NCBI GenBank assembly: GCA_001871325.1
Contig: MNVA01000238.1
Span: 1 to 61,911 of the forward strand
DNA length: 61,911 nucleotides
DNA from: Ignavibacteria bacterium CG1_02_37_35
Lineage (GTDB): Bacteria > Bacteroidota > Ignavibacteria > Ignavibacteriales > Ignavibacteriaceae
Direction of reading: 5' to 3'
The translations under genes and the position numbers were made by a program. Of this stretch, positions 18,229 to 27,851 are shown in pieces (position 1 is the stretch's first letter; each line of letters starts with the position of its first letter). The notes under the pieces were generated by a model that saw only the letters and a program-made list of their open reading frames with translations, did no database searches and was not told the DNA's origin.

Positions 18229-19032
18229 TTACGCTGCCTTTAAATAATTAATATTTTTATAGTCAATAGGATGAACTTTATGAAGCAGAACATTTTCGTT
18301 TTTTTCGATACCAACAAACTGTCTCCCCTCCAATATTGCAGAAAGTAGAAAACTTCCACTACCGCAAGCGTTGTCAAGAACAATGTCATTAGGTTTTGTA
18401 AAAGTCCTAATTAAGTATCTTCCCAACTCAATTGGCTTTTGTGTTGGATGAATTACCGCTCCTTCTGATTCCGCTGTCTTTATGTAAATATAATCATCAA
18501 TGTTTTGTTCTTCATAAAACAAGACATCGTTTGGATATCGTTGACCGTTGCTCTTGACATGTCTTGGCTTAAAGTCTCCGTAACTTCCAGTGTACTGATC
18601 TTTGCGTATTCCTTTATCATAAGGTACACCAGTTGTCATTTGAGGATTATATGTTGGTTGTTTTTTATAGAATATGCAAATATCCTCATGTTTGCGGAGT
18701 GGTTGAATTTTTGCATTCAAAAAATTAGTTGGTTTGGATTTAATCCAAACGATTTTATATTTAAAAAGTTTTTCGTTACTCAATATAAGTTTTGCAGTAA
18801 ATAGTCCTTGAGCCGTCAAAGCAATACAACCATTGTCTTTGATAACTCTTTCATATTGTTCCCAGAGTTTTAGCAGGTCGATTACAGAGTCCCATTTGTT
18901 TCGTGTCGTACCGTATGGTAAATCACTTAAAATCATATCAATTGATTTATCTGGAAAGTCTTTCATTACTTCAAGACAATCACCCTGTACGACTTTGTTC
19001 AAATATTTATCTATTGCCATTTCTTTTTTCAT
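18229..19032 (-). CDS. Beta-class N4/N6 DNA methyltransferase
   Basis: Motif IV SDLPYG near the N-terminus, HPTQKP, then motif I VLDNACGSGS near the C-terminus (circularly permuted beta order). Confidence 0.85.
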   Translation of the reverse strand: MKKEMAIDKYLNKVVQGDCLEVMKDFPDKSIDMILSDLPYGTTRNKWDSVIDLLKLWEQYERVIKDNGCIALTAQGLFTAKLILSNEKLFKYKIVWIKSKPTNFLNAKIQPLRKHEDICIFYKKQPTYNPQMTTGVPYDKGIRKDQYTGSYGDFKPRHVKSNGQRYPNDVLFYEEQNIDDYIYIKTAESEGAVIHPTQKPIELGRYLIRTFTKPNDIVLDNACGSGSFLLSAILEGRQFVGIEKNENVLLHKVHPIDYKNINYLKAA

Positions 19033-19458
19033 TTATTGTACTAATTTACACAAAAACAAAACGATAATTTTGTTTACATTATAATCAATGTTAACGGATT
19101 TTAATTCTAAGAAAAACCCCCAAAATTACTAGTTTTTTTCGGTGGTGTTATGATCTTTCAGTATCGGATCATTTTGTTTATCTGTTTGGTATTTTGTCAA
19201 CGTTACGTTTAGCAACATCCATCTAAAAAATTCTTGACACAATATTACTTATTCTACATTTTAATTGCAAGATTTGTTAAATGATAACTATGTTAATCAA
19301 TATCAATAGGTTAAGAGTGAAAAGAGCGGTGTCTCAGTCTTTGATTCAGTAAAAATGCTTTTAGAGAAAATATGATCCTTCTTTGATGAACTTTTTTCAC
19401 AGTTATTTCGTTTTAACAGTAAGGTTCTTTAAAATAAATCAATAAAAATGAGGTTCTT

Positions 19459-20040
19459 ATGAAAAAGCTTTCTTTGTTCGCGGCTTTGGGAATTTTGTTC
19501 TGTTCTATCACTTCTTTTGCACAAGAGATGAATCAAGAAATGACTCCGGAAATGAAAATGTGGATGGAGTATATGACACCAGGCGAGATGCATAAAATGC
19601 TTGAGAAAAGTGCTGGTCAGTGGAAAGCAAAAATTACGATGTGGATGGCTCCGAATACACCGCCAACGATTGCCGAAGGAAACTCGGTAAACGAAATGAT
19701 CATGGGAGGAAGATATCTTCAATCAAAACATTTAAGCAATTTTTCCGGCATGCCGATGGAAGGCATCGGACTTGAAGCGTATGATAATGCGAAAAAAACT
19801 TTCTACAGCACGTGGATAGATAATATGGGAACCGGAATTATGTTTCTGCAAGGCAAGTTCGATCCTGCCGCCAAAACGATTACTTACACAGGAACCTCTG
19901 TTGACCCGATGACTGGAAAGGATATGCAAGTCCGCGAGACGATGAAATATCTCGACGATAATCATAGTGAAATGGAAATGTTCACGATCGATGGTGATAA
20001 CGAGTTCAAAAGCATGCACATCGCTTTTGAAAGAAAATAA
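19459..20040 (+). CDS. DUF1579-like secreted protein
   Basis: Signal peptide and 193 aa. Family assignment is by recollection of the MGGRYL...EGIG..YD pattern. Confidence 0.6.
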   Translation: MKKLSLFAALGILFCSITSFAQEMNQEMTPEMKMWMEYMTPGEMHKMLEKSAGQWKAKITMWMAPNTPPTIAEGNSVNEMIMGGRYLQSKHLSNFSGMPMEGIGLEAYDNAKKTFYSTWIDNMGTGIMFLQGKFDPAAKTITYTGTSVDPMTGKDMQVRETMKYLDDNHSEMEMFTIDGDNEFKSMHIAFERK

Positions 20041-20112
20041 ATTATAAGAAAGAAACACATTTTTTGCGGGACAGTTTGAAAAAACTGTCTCGTTCACTAT
20101 TCAGAAATAATT

Positions 20113-20562
20113 ATGAGTAAAGATTACAACCCGCGCATGCATTCAGCAGAACATATTCTAAACCAAACAATGGTTCGGATGTTTAACAAAGGAAGATCAT
20201 TCAGTGCGCATATCGAAAAGAAAAAATCAAAGTGCGATTATCGTTTTGAAAGAAATCTTTCTGCGGAAGAGGTATCCGAAATTGAAAAAAGAGTGAACGA
20301 AGTTATTACAGCTAATCTTCAGGTTACGGAATCGTTTATTCCGAAAGAAGAAGCTTCCGCTAAATTCAATTTGGAAAGACTACCGGACGAAGCTGGCGAT
20401 TCTTTGCGCATTATTTCTATTGGCGATTATGACGATTGCCCCTGCATTGGTCACCATGTTAACAGTACAGAAGAGATCGGCGGATTTAAAATTATTTCAA
20501 CTGATTTTGGCGAAGGGGTGCTGCGGATCCGTTTTAAACTTTTAGAAACGGTTGAATCTTAA
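20113..20562 (+). CDS. AlaX-like alanyl-tRNA editing domain protein (tRNA_SAD)
   Basis: Zinc motifs HSAEHIL (HxxxH) and CPCIGHH (CxxxH). Confidence 0.8.
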   Translation: MSKDYNPRMHSAEHILNQTMVRMFNKGRSFSAHIEKKKSKCDYRFERNLSAEEVSEIEKRVNEVITANLQVTESFIPKEEASAKFNLERLPDEAGDSLRIISIGDYDDCPCIGHHVNSTEEIGGFKIISTDFGEGVLRIRFKLLETVES

Positions 20563-20606
20563 AACCAGTTTTATCATCCTATTTAGAAACTATTTTGGAG
20601 AATTAC

Positions 20607-21050
20607 GTGAAAACTTTATTTATTTCAATGGTCTTATTTTTTTCGGTATCATTATTAGGGTGTAAATCAACTTCTGACAACCTTTCATGGAAAGAAAATT
20701 TAGACGAAGCATTAAAAACCGCCCAGCTTGAAAACAAAACAGTTCTTGTGAATTTTACCGGCTCCGATTGGTGTATTTGGTGTAAAAGATTAAACGAAGA
20801 AGTTTTTTCAAAACCCGAATTTGCCGAATACGCAGAAAAAAATTTAGTCCTTGTTAAAATTGATTTCCCGCGAGAAAAAGAACAGACACAAGAAACAAAA
20901 TTTTATAACCAACAGTTAGCGGCGCAATATAAAATAGAAGGATACCCGACAATTGTTTTGCTCCGTAAAGACGGAAGCCAACTTGGCGTTACCGGATACC
21001 AAGAAGGCGGCGCTACAAGTTACGTTCAGCATCTACAAAGTTTTAAGTAA
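20607..21050 (+). CDS. Thioredoxin-fold lipoprotein (DUF255/thioredoxin-like)
   Basis: SDWCIWC CxxC motif. GTG 20607 is preceded by GGAG and gives the lipoprotein signal MKTLFISMVLFFSVSLLGC, so it is preferred over TTG 20595. Confidence 0.75.
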   Translation: MKTLFISMVLFFSVSLLGCKSTSDNLSWKENLDEALKTAQLENKTVLVNFTGSDWCIWCKRLNEEVFSKPEFAEYAEKNLVLVKIDFPREKEQTQETKFYNQQLAAQYKIEGYPTIVLLRKDGSQLGVTGYQEGGATSYVQHLQSFK

Positions 21051-21102
21051 GATGTTTTTTTAGAATAAAGAAGTAAGAAGTCAGAATTAAGAAGAAATTA
21101 AA

Positions 21103-21149
21103 TTCTGACTTCTGACTTCTGACTTCTGACTTCTGTCTTCTTACTTCTC
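21103..21149. repeat. Tandem heptamer array (TTCTGAC)x4 plus 2-3 degenerate units
   Basis: TTCTGAC at 21103, 21110, 21117 and 21124, then TTCTGTC, TTCTTAC. Its inverted complement AGAAGTCAGAATT (21076-21088) forms a 13-bp hairpin with 21101-21113. Confidence 0.9.
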
Positions 21150-21785
21150 CTATTTCAACTTCTCTTTAAAAACCTTTTCAAACTTTTCCACTTTCGGCGC
21201 AATTATAAAAGAACAATAACCCTGTGTAGGATTATTGGCAAAATAATTTTGGTGGTACGCCTCCGCCGGAAAAAATTTAGTGAAAGGAGAAATTTCGGTT
21301 ACAATCGGATCCGCCCATGCACCTGAATTATCAAGTTCTACTTTATAATGTTGGGCGATTTTTTTCTGTTCTTCCGAATGGTAAAAAATTACCGACCGAT
21401 ATTGTGTTCCTGAATCTGCGCCTTGTCGGTTCAACGTTGTTGGGTCGTGAGTTTTCCAGAAAATTTTTAGAAGATCGGCAAAAGAAACTGCCGAAGGATC
21501 AAACATAATTTGGCATACTTCCGCATGTCCGGTTTTTCCGGTACAGACCTGCTCGTACGATGGATTTTCTGTTGTGCCGCCGGCATAACCGGAAATTACT
21601 TCATGCACTCCTTTCACTCTCTCAAAAATAGCCTCGCTGCACCAGAAACATCCGGAGCCGAACGTAGCGGTGTCAAGTTTAGTTGTTGTTTCCATAATCT
21701 CCTGATCTTTAAAGTTGTTATTGTCTTTACTTTTATTACATGCCGTAAGAGAAATCAATAAAAGAAGAAAAATATATTTGGTCAT
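21150..21785 (-). CDS. msrA: Peptide-methionine (S)-S-oxide reductase MsrA, lipoprotein form
   Basis: GCFWCSEAIF active-site motif and GHAEV. Internal ATG 21785 gives the signal MTKYIFLLLLISLTAC. Confidence 0.9.
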   Translation of the reverse strand: MTKYIFLLLLISLTACNKSKDNNNFKDQEIMETTTKLDTATFGSGCFWCSEAIFERVKGVHEVISGYAGGTTENPSYEQVCTGKTGHAEVCQIMFDPSAVSFADLLKIFWKTHDPTTLNRQGADSGTQYRSVIFYHSEEQKKIAQHYKVELDNSGAWADPIVTEISPFTKFFPAEAYHQNYFANNPTQGYCSFIIAPKVEKFEKVFKEKLK

Positions 21786-21966
21786 AAACAGCTGTATCCT
21801 TTTTATTGGTAAACCAAAAGAAAACAAAAGAAGTTCAAAAGAGAAAACCCAAACCCGTTTTGGGCTGCCATGTAACTCAATAATCAGCGAAGGAGGGAAT
21901 TAATTTTTTTGTATTTGACGTTTAAATAATGAAGTTGTACTTTTGTCTTAGAACGAAGTATTTAAT

Positions 21967-22167
21967 TCACTGAACGGCATTAATTATATGCGGTGTTACT
22001 AAAAACAACACAATGAATACTACCGAAAAAATAAATACAAAAAAGAATTTGAACCAAGGATCATCTCGATAAAATAAATTTAGCACATTAATCAGAAGGT
22101 AATTTGGGAACTTCTCGTAACATGATTTGGCATAGTTTTTTGAATCAAGAAATGATCGAATAAACAT
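21967..22167 (-). CDS. Doubtful 66-aa ORF with a C-terminal hydrophobic segment
   Basis: ORF only. It lies in a repeat-bearing intergenic region, and a degenerate copy of its 5' end occurs at ~40488. Confidence 0.25.
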   Translation of the reverse strand: MFIRSFLDSKNYAKSCYEKFPNYLLINVLNLFYRDDPWFKFFFVFIFSVVFIVLFLVTPHIINAVQ

Positions 22168-22186
22168 TTATCGAAAAATGCTATCA

Positions 22187-22205
22187 TTAAGTTGACGCCT
22201 ATGAG
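22187..22205. repeat. 19-nt exact inverted copy of 40431-40449
   Basis: TTAAGTTGACGCCTATGAG is the reverse complement of CTCATAGGCGTCAACTTAA. Confidence 0.9.
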
Positions 22206-22245
22206 GCTGAAGTCTGTGCTACGCGGTACGCGCTTCGGTCTACGC

Positions 22246-24447
22246 TTAAAAGCCTAAACTCATTCCCACCACAACTGTTCTTCTACCGAAGTAACTTGAA
22301 ACTTCTTTTCTTTCAGAATAATCCGGCGAATAGTAATAACCGAAAATATTTTTTAGATCAAGAATGTTCAGTCCTTCTAAATAAAACACAGAGTTAAATC
22401 GATCAAACAGTGTTGTAAAGTAAGTAAGCCGCAAATCCAATCGTTTGTAATTTTGAAAACGTGATGAGTTTTTATCACCATAAACCGGTTCGTACACATT
22501 TTCCATTGCGCGATAATCAGCACCGATAACCGGTGTGTACGGTCTTCCGGTTGCATACTTCAAATTTATTCCAACTTGCCAATTGGACGCTATAAAATAT
22601 TTTGCGATCAACGAAAAGTTGTGGGTGATATCGAATGAACTGCTTGTTAATTGTTCAAAGTCCATCCATTTTCTTTTTGTGTTGATAAATCCGTACGAAA
22701 TCCAACCGCTCCACCCGTTGGATAACGCGCTTTTAAGAATTACATCAACGCCGTTTGCAAATCCTTTTCCGTTATTGTCATAATTGAGCAGCAAATTTTC
22801 CAGCGGGAGATTTTTATAATCTTTATGATAAAGCTCTATTCTGAATGAGTTGTCTTCATCGAAAAGATAATCATAAGAGAGGACGTAATGAACAGCTTTC
22901 ATTGATTTAAGATTCGGATTTCCTTCAACCGAACTGAATAACCGCGGATCCGGCAGTTGATTGAAAATTCCCCACGCAGTTTTTATTGTCGAGTGGTCGT
23001 TCAGTTTGTACGACAAATTTATTCGCGGATTGACCCAGCCAAGTTTTAATGAAGGAATGTTATCGTATCTAATTCCAATTGCGCTTGCAAAATTATTTAT
23101 GCCAAAAGTGGTTGCGGATTCCAGTTCCATATAACCCCCGATCCTTGAACCCAAAATATCGGCATCTATTACTTTCCTTTGTGCATCGGGACGAATGTTG
23201 TAATCGTTGTTAGGAATTTGCCCGAGATAATTTACTTTTCTTTTTTCATATTCAACTCCGGAAAGTAATCGGCTGCGCGAACTAATAAAATATTCAAAGT
23301 CATTTCTGAAAGAATAAACTTTATCGGTTTTTATCAGATCAAGAACACCAAGTTTCCATTGGTTTGAATAGTTGCTTACGGAAAAACTATTCTTCATTAC
23401 CAGTTTGGAAAAAAGAACATTTGAATGTTGGAGATTAATGAACTTGCTTTGCGTATTTCCATCAAATGTTCCTTCATACTCAGTTTGTTCAACACTAACA
23501 CCTTGAATATCTCGCGCGTAAATGCCGAATAATTTCAATTTGCCCGTTTTTGAATAGGCATAATTCACGCTTCCGGTAATATTTTTGGAAGTCGGCGCCG
23601 CGGTAAATTTTTCCAAACCGCCGTTTAACCAAAAAATCGGTTTAGTAAATGATTGATCAAAGTTAAAATTGAATCCGAGTTTATCTTCAATTAAAGGAAC
23701 TTCTGTTGAGAAATTTGTATTTGCCAATGAAATTCCAAAATTGCTGTGCATAGATGTTGGAACTCCTTTTGTTTCGATATCTAAAACTCCGGAGAGGACA
23801 TTGCCGTACTTTGCCGAGAATCCGCCGCTTGAAAAATACATTCCTTTTATGAACTCATTTTTCAGATTTGAAAACAAACTTCCGTAAGTAGATTCATACG
23901 AAAACGGGTGATAAATTAACGCCTGGTCAATCATCGTTATCGTTTCAATCGGATCACCGCCACGTACATAAAGTTCGGCACTTTCTGAAACTTGCGTAAT
24001 GCCCGGCATAGTTTTTAACGATTGAAATAAATCTGCAGCGCCGCCTGGAGTTGTTAAGACGTCAATCCGGCTTAAGACCAAGCCTTTCCCTTTTTCTGAG
24101 CCAAATGAACTTGCCGATACAACCGATTCTTTCATCTTCAGCGCAGATTCTTTCAATTCAATATCGATCGTAATTTTCTTTTGATCTCGCAATTCCAATT
24201 CTTTGCTGAATTTATCATATCCGATCAAGTTTGCATTCAAAATAATTTTCCCATTCAATTTTGTTGAGAAGGAATATTTTCCTTGATCATCGCTCATCGC
24301 ACCATCGCCAGAGTTCGATAAGAAAACCATCACCATCGGCAATGGTTTTTTATCTTCATCGAAAACATTTCCTTCAATTTTTATTTTGGTTTGAGAAAAT
24401 AAGTTTCCGAGCAACAACAGTACGCTTATAAAAATTTTAGATTTCAT
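22246..24447 (-). CDS. TonB-dependent receptor (CarboxypepD_reg + plug + beta-barrel)
   Basis: N-terminal IEGNVFDEDKKPLPMVMVFL carboxypeptidase-regulatory-like domain, 733 aa, ends in an aromatic residue (…GMSLGF). Confidence 0.85.
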   Translation of the reverse strand: MKSKIFISVLLLLGNLFSQTKIKIEGNVFDEDKKPLPMVMVFLSNSGDGAMSDDQGKYSFSTKLNGKIILNANLIGYDKFSKELELRDQKKITIDIELKESALKMKESVVSASSFGSEKGKGLVLSRIDVLTTPGGAADLFQSLKTMPGITQVSESAELYVRGGDPIETITMIDQALIYHPFSYESTYGSLFSNLKNEFIKGMYFSSGGFSAKYGNVLSGVLDIETKGVPTSMHSNFGISLANTNFSTEVPLIEDKLGFNFNFDQSFTKPIFWLNGGLEKFTAAPTSKNITGSVNYAYSKTGKLKLFGIYARDIQGVSVEQTEYEGTFDGNTQSKFINLQHSNVLFSKLVMKNSFSVSNYSNQWKLGVLDLIKTDKVYSFRNDFEYFISSRSRLLSGVEYEKRKVNYLGQIPNNDYNIRPDAQRKVIDADILGSRIGGYMELESATTFGINNFASAIGIRYDNIPSLKLGWVNPRINLSYKLNDHSTIKTAWGIFNQLPDPRLFSSVEGNPNLKSMKAVHYVLSYDYLFDEDNSFRIELYHKDYKNLPLENLLLNYDNNGKGFANGVDVILKSALSNGWSGWISYGFINTKRKWMDFEQLTSSSFDITHNFSLIAKYFIASNWQVGINLKYATGRPYTPVIGADYRAMENVYEPVYGDKNSSRFQNYKRLDLRLTYFTTLFDRFNSVFYLEGLNILDLKNIFGYYYSPDYSERKEVSSYFGRRTVVVGMSLGF

Positions 24448-24473
24448 TACTTTCCTTTTTATCTGTCAACTTT

Positions 24474-25271
24474 TTAAAAAGTATTCTTTGTCCCGTTTTG
24501 AGTTTTCTCTAATTTCGGAAGCAGTACATATTTAACCCAAGAATATTCCGGTTCAATCGAGAGAGCTTTTTTATAAACAAAGATTGCGGCATCGGTCATT
24601 TCCAGTTTTTCATTTGCAATACCAGTCCATGCTAACGCATCAAGGTATCCCCAATTAATTGTTAAAGATGTACTCTCTTCTTCTTCTTTTTCAAAGTAAG
24701 AAATTGTTTTGTTAAATTTTTCAAGTCCTTCTTTTACACTTCCGCCAAATGCTGCGGGAGTATTCAACTTCATTATTCCATGGATGAGATAGGCTCTTGG
24801 GTTATTTGGGTTAATCACTTCAGCTTCGCCAAGGAGTGCATTAATTCTCGGCGAAAGCGTCATTGCTTCCGCCCAATTGTAAGTTATTTTCATCATTAAG
24901 ATTGAAGCGAGCAAGGTTTTTCCTTCTGATCCAAAACCTTTTGCTGAAGAAATTTTTTCTGCGTGTTCAACTGCCTGGGTTACATATTTATCAAATAAGG
25001 CTTTATCGCGGGAACCCATTTCTAAAAAGCGATATTCAACGTAAGTTAAATTGTAAAGAGCCGGGAGGTTCGTTGAATCAGCCGAATAAATATTTCCGAA
25101 TATATCGTACGCTTTCTGAAACGTTTCTTTGTCATAGGAAACGTAAGCTTTTTGGGCGAGCGTTATCCCTTCTTTCATTTGTTCATTAGTTGTTAGCGCG
25201 AATGAAATGTGCAGAAGCGAGCCGAGCAGAAAGAAGAATATGAACAGTTTTGTTGAAATTGAAGTTTTCAT
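24474..25271 (-). CDS. Secreted TPR-like repeat protein
   Basis: Signal peptide from ATG 25271; helical repeats with an A/Y/L pattern (AIFVYKKALSIEPEY). Confidence 0.6.
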   Translation of the reverse strand: MKTSISTKLFIFFFLLGSLLHISFALTTNEQMKEGITLAQKAYVSYDKETFQKAYDIFGNIYSADSTNLPALYNLTYVEYRFLEMGSRDKALFDKYVTQAVEHAEKISSAKGFGSEGKTLLASILMMKITYNWAEAMTLSPRINALLGEAEVINPNNPRAYLIHGIMKLNTPAAFGGSVKEGLEKFNKTISYFEKEEEESTSLTINWGYLDALAWTGIANEKLEMTDAAIFVYKKALSIEPEYSWVKYVLLPKLEKTQNGTKNTF

Positions 25272-25340
25272 TTTTGATCCTTTTCTATTATTGTTATTAA
25301 ATAAAGTACTTTGATTTTCAAAGTTCATAGATAAAAAATT

Positions 25341-25637
25341 TTATTTTTTAATTAATTTTTCTAATTGAGCTACATACAATTCAAATGCTTTAATTCCGGT
25401 TTTTGTAAGTGAGTAAACAGTTTTTGGTTTACGGTCAATAAATTCTTTTTTTACAGAAATATAATTAGCTTCTTCAAGTTTCTTAAGATGAACACTTAAG
25501 TTCCCATCAGTTGCGTTTACTTTTTCTTTTAGAAAATTAAATTCCGCTTCTTCTACGGATAGTAGCAATGCCATTAATGCAAGACGAATTCTCGAATGAA
25601 TAACATCATCAAGTTGTTGATAATCAAAATCGTTCAC
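25341..25637 (-). CDS. Small winged-helix transcriptional regulator (ArsR/HTH_34-like)
   Basis: 98 aa; IHSRIRLALMALL...GNLSVHLKKLEEANYI pattern. Confidence 0.7.
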   Translation of the reverse strand: MNDFDYQQLDDVIHSRIRLALMALLLSVEEAEFNFLKEKVNATDGNLSVHLKKLEEANYISVKKEFIDRKPKTVYSLTKTGIKAFELYVAQLEKLIKK

Positions 25638-26230
25638 GATTTTGCCGTCATAGTTTGTTTGTATTTTCTATAAATAATTATTCCCGGTAGTGTTTGGAAA
25701 AAAAGCATCAACAATGCCATAATTAGAAATGAATGAATCGAAGTAACAAAGAGTAATACAATTCCGCCGATCCACCATCCGAAGGATAAATTACCGAGCC
25801 ACTTAACATCAACAATTTTCCCCGAAACGAAATAAGCGCTTCCCATTATTATACAAGCAATCGGACTTATCGCCATTGGCTTAATTGTTCCCATCATTGG
25901 ACCGACAAATCCTACAATTGTCATAGCGATTCCGGCAGCAGCCCAAACAGCGCCAATCAGCTTTCCGGAATATGTGGGAGGATGTTTCTCCTTTAACTTT
26001 ATTCGATTGTAGATGGAAAAAATCCAGCCGATTGGGATGAGCACAACCCAAATCCAGAAGTAGTTAAAATAAAGACCACTCAAATGAAATATATACGTCG
26101 ACATCATACCGACAATTACAAGGACGCCCCAAAAAATATAATCCTTGCCGTTATACACTACCGCCTTTTTGGTTTCCTCAATAACTTTTCTTATAAATAC
26201 AAGTTCATCAATTGCCGTTTTATCGTCCAT
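25634..26230 (-). CDS. Integral membrane protein of unknown function
   Basis: 5-6 TM segments; overlaps the downstream regulator by 4 nt; ATG 26230 preferred. Confidence 0.6.
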   Translation of the reverse strand: MDDKTAIDELVFIRKVIEETKKAVVYNGKDYIFWGVLVIVGMMSTYIFHLSGLYFNYFWIWVVLIPIGWIFSIYNRIKLKEKHPPTYSGKLIGAVWAAAGIAMTIVGFVGPMMGTIKPMAISPIACIIMGSAYFVSGKIVDVKWLGNLSFGWWIGGIVLLFVTSIHSFLIMALLMLFFQTLPGIIIYRKYKQTMTAKS

Positions 26231-26501
26231 TTCAACCTCATTAAATAAAGTGCTTTGTTTTACAAAGCAAACATACAAAACAAATTTCCGTTTGTCAAGA
26301 GAAAATTTTATTTTTTTTATCGAGCCTCTTTAAAATGCAAAATATTGTCTATTCTTTTTTCGGGATAAGCGGTTTTATTATTCTATAAATGCTACTTAAT
26401 AAACAGAAGGAATTCACTATTTTTTAATAGTAGGAAAAATTCTTTCTTCACCTTCACCAAAGATTGAAGAGGATAATTTTATCATCAAATAAAGGAGCGA
26501 T

Positions 26502-27851
26502 ATGAAAACTTTCTTTTCTTTTGCTTTGCCGATTTTCTTTTTTTCAGTAATCGGTTTAAGCAGTTATGCGGCAACCAAGCCGTTTCCTTATCCAATTGAA
26601 CAACATAAAATGGCTAACGGATTAAATGTTGTTACCGTAAAATTTGACAGCCCCGGAATAGCTTCGTTCTTTCTCGTCGTCCGCGTTGGTTCGCGTAACG
26701 AAGTTGAAGAGGGCGTAACCGGTTTCGCACATTTTTTTGAACACATGATGTTTCGCGGAACCGAAAAATATGATAAAGACAAATACAACGAAGAATTAAA
26801 AGCGATCGGCGCATCAGCAAATGCTAATACTTCGCTTGACAGAACAATTTATCACATGACCGGCAACGCACAAAAGTTGGAAAAAATGTTTGAGCTTGAA
26901 GCCGACCGTTTTCAGAATTTACATTACCCGATTCATGATTTCAAAACAGAAGCCGGTGCAGTTAAAGGCGAATACACAAAAAACATTGCTTCACCTTTTG
27001 CGCAGTTAGAAGAAAACATTGCAAATACTGCTTTCGATGCGCATACATACAAACACACTACGATGGGATTTCTGAAAGATATTATTGATATGCCGGATCA
27101 ATACGAATATTCTCTAAAATTTTTCACTCGTTTTTACAGACCGGAATACACAACGCTTTTAGTCGTTGGTGATGTTACACCCGATCAAGTGAACAAACTT
27201 GCGGAGAAATATTTTGGTAAGTGGGAACGCGGAAATTATGAAGCGAAAATTCCCGTTGAACCGGAGCAGAAAGCTACAAGATTCACGCATCTCCAAAACG
27301 GTAGTATTCCTCCTTCCCTCAGCTTAAATTTCAAGGGACCGGGTTTTGATGATAAAGGAATGGAATCGCCAGCAATCGATATTTTGTTCACCATGTTGTT
27401 TTCTCAAAATTCAAAACTCTATCAAAAACTTGTTCTTGAAGAGCAAAAAGTCCGCAGTATTAACGGCGGAATTTATGAAACCCGCGATCCTAATTTAATC
27501 TCCGTGGACGCTTCGATCGTGAATAAAAGCGATATGCAGTATGTAAAAGATGAAGTGATAAAAGCCTTTGAAACTGTAAAAGTAAGCGGTGTTGACGAAA
27601 AAATGCTCGCAGAAACAAAATCAAGATTGAAATACAGCTTTGCAATGGGAATTGATAATCCTTCTTCTATTGCAAATATTTTAAGTCACATCATTCAGCT
27701 TACAGGCGACCCGGAATCATTAAATCGTCTTTACGAAAACTATGAAAAAGTAACTGTTGAAGATTTAAAAGCAGTAGCTAAAAAATATTTAACCGCAGAA
27801 AGCTTAACTGTTGGAACGATCTCAGCCGACGCGGAAGGAGGAGTGAAATAA
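26502..27851 (+). CDS. M16 family zinc peptidase (active subunit)
   Basis: HFFEHMMFRGT inverted zinc motif HxxEH. Confidence 0.9.
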   Translation: MKTFFSFALPIFFFSVIGLSSYAATKPFPYPIEQHKMANGLNVVTVKFDSPGIASFFLVVRVGSRNEVEEGVTGFAHFFEHMMFRGTEKYDKDKYNEELKAIGASANANTSLDRTIYHMTGNAQKLEKMFELEADRFQNLHYPIHDFKTEAGAVKGEYTKNIASPFAQLEENIANTAFDAHTYKHTTMGFLKDIIDMPDQYEYSLKFFTRFYRPEYTTLLVVGDVTPDQVNKLAEKYFGKWERGNYEAKIPVEPEQKATRFTHLQNGSIPPSLSLNFKGPGFDDKGMESPAIDILFTMLFSQNSKLYQKLVLEEQKVRSINGGIYETRDPNLISVDASIVNKSDMQYVKDEVIKAFETVKVSGVDEKMLAETKSRLKYSFAMGIDNPSSIANILSHIIQLTGDPESLNRLYENYEKVTVEDLKAVAKKYLTAESLTVGTISADAEGGVK

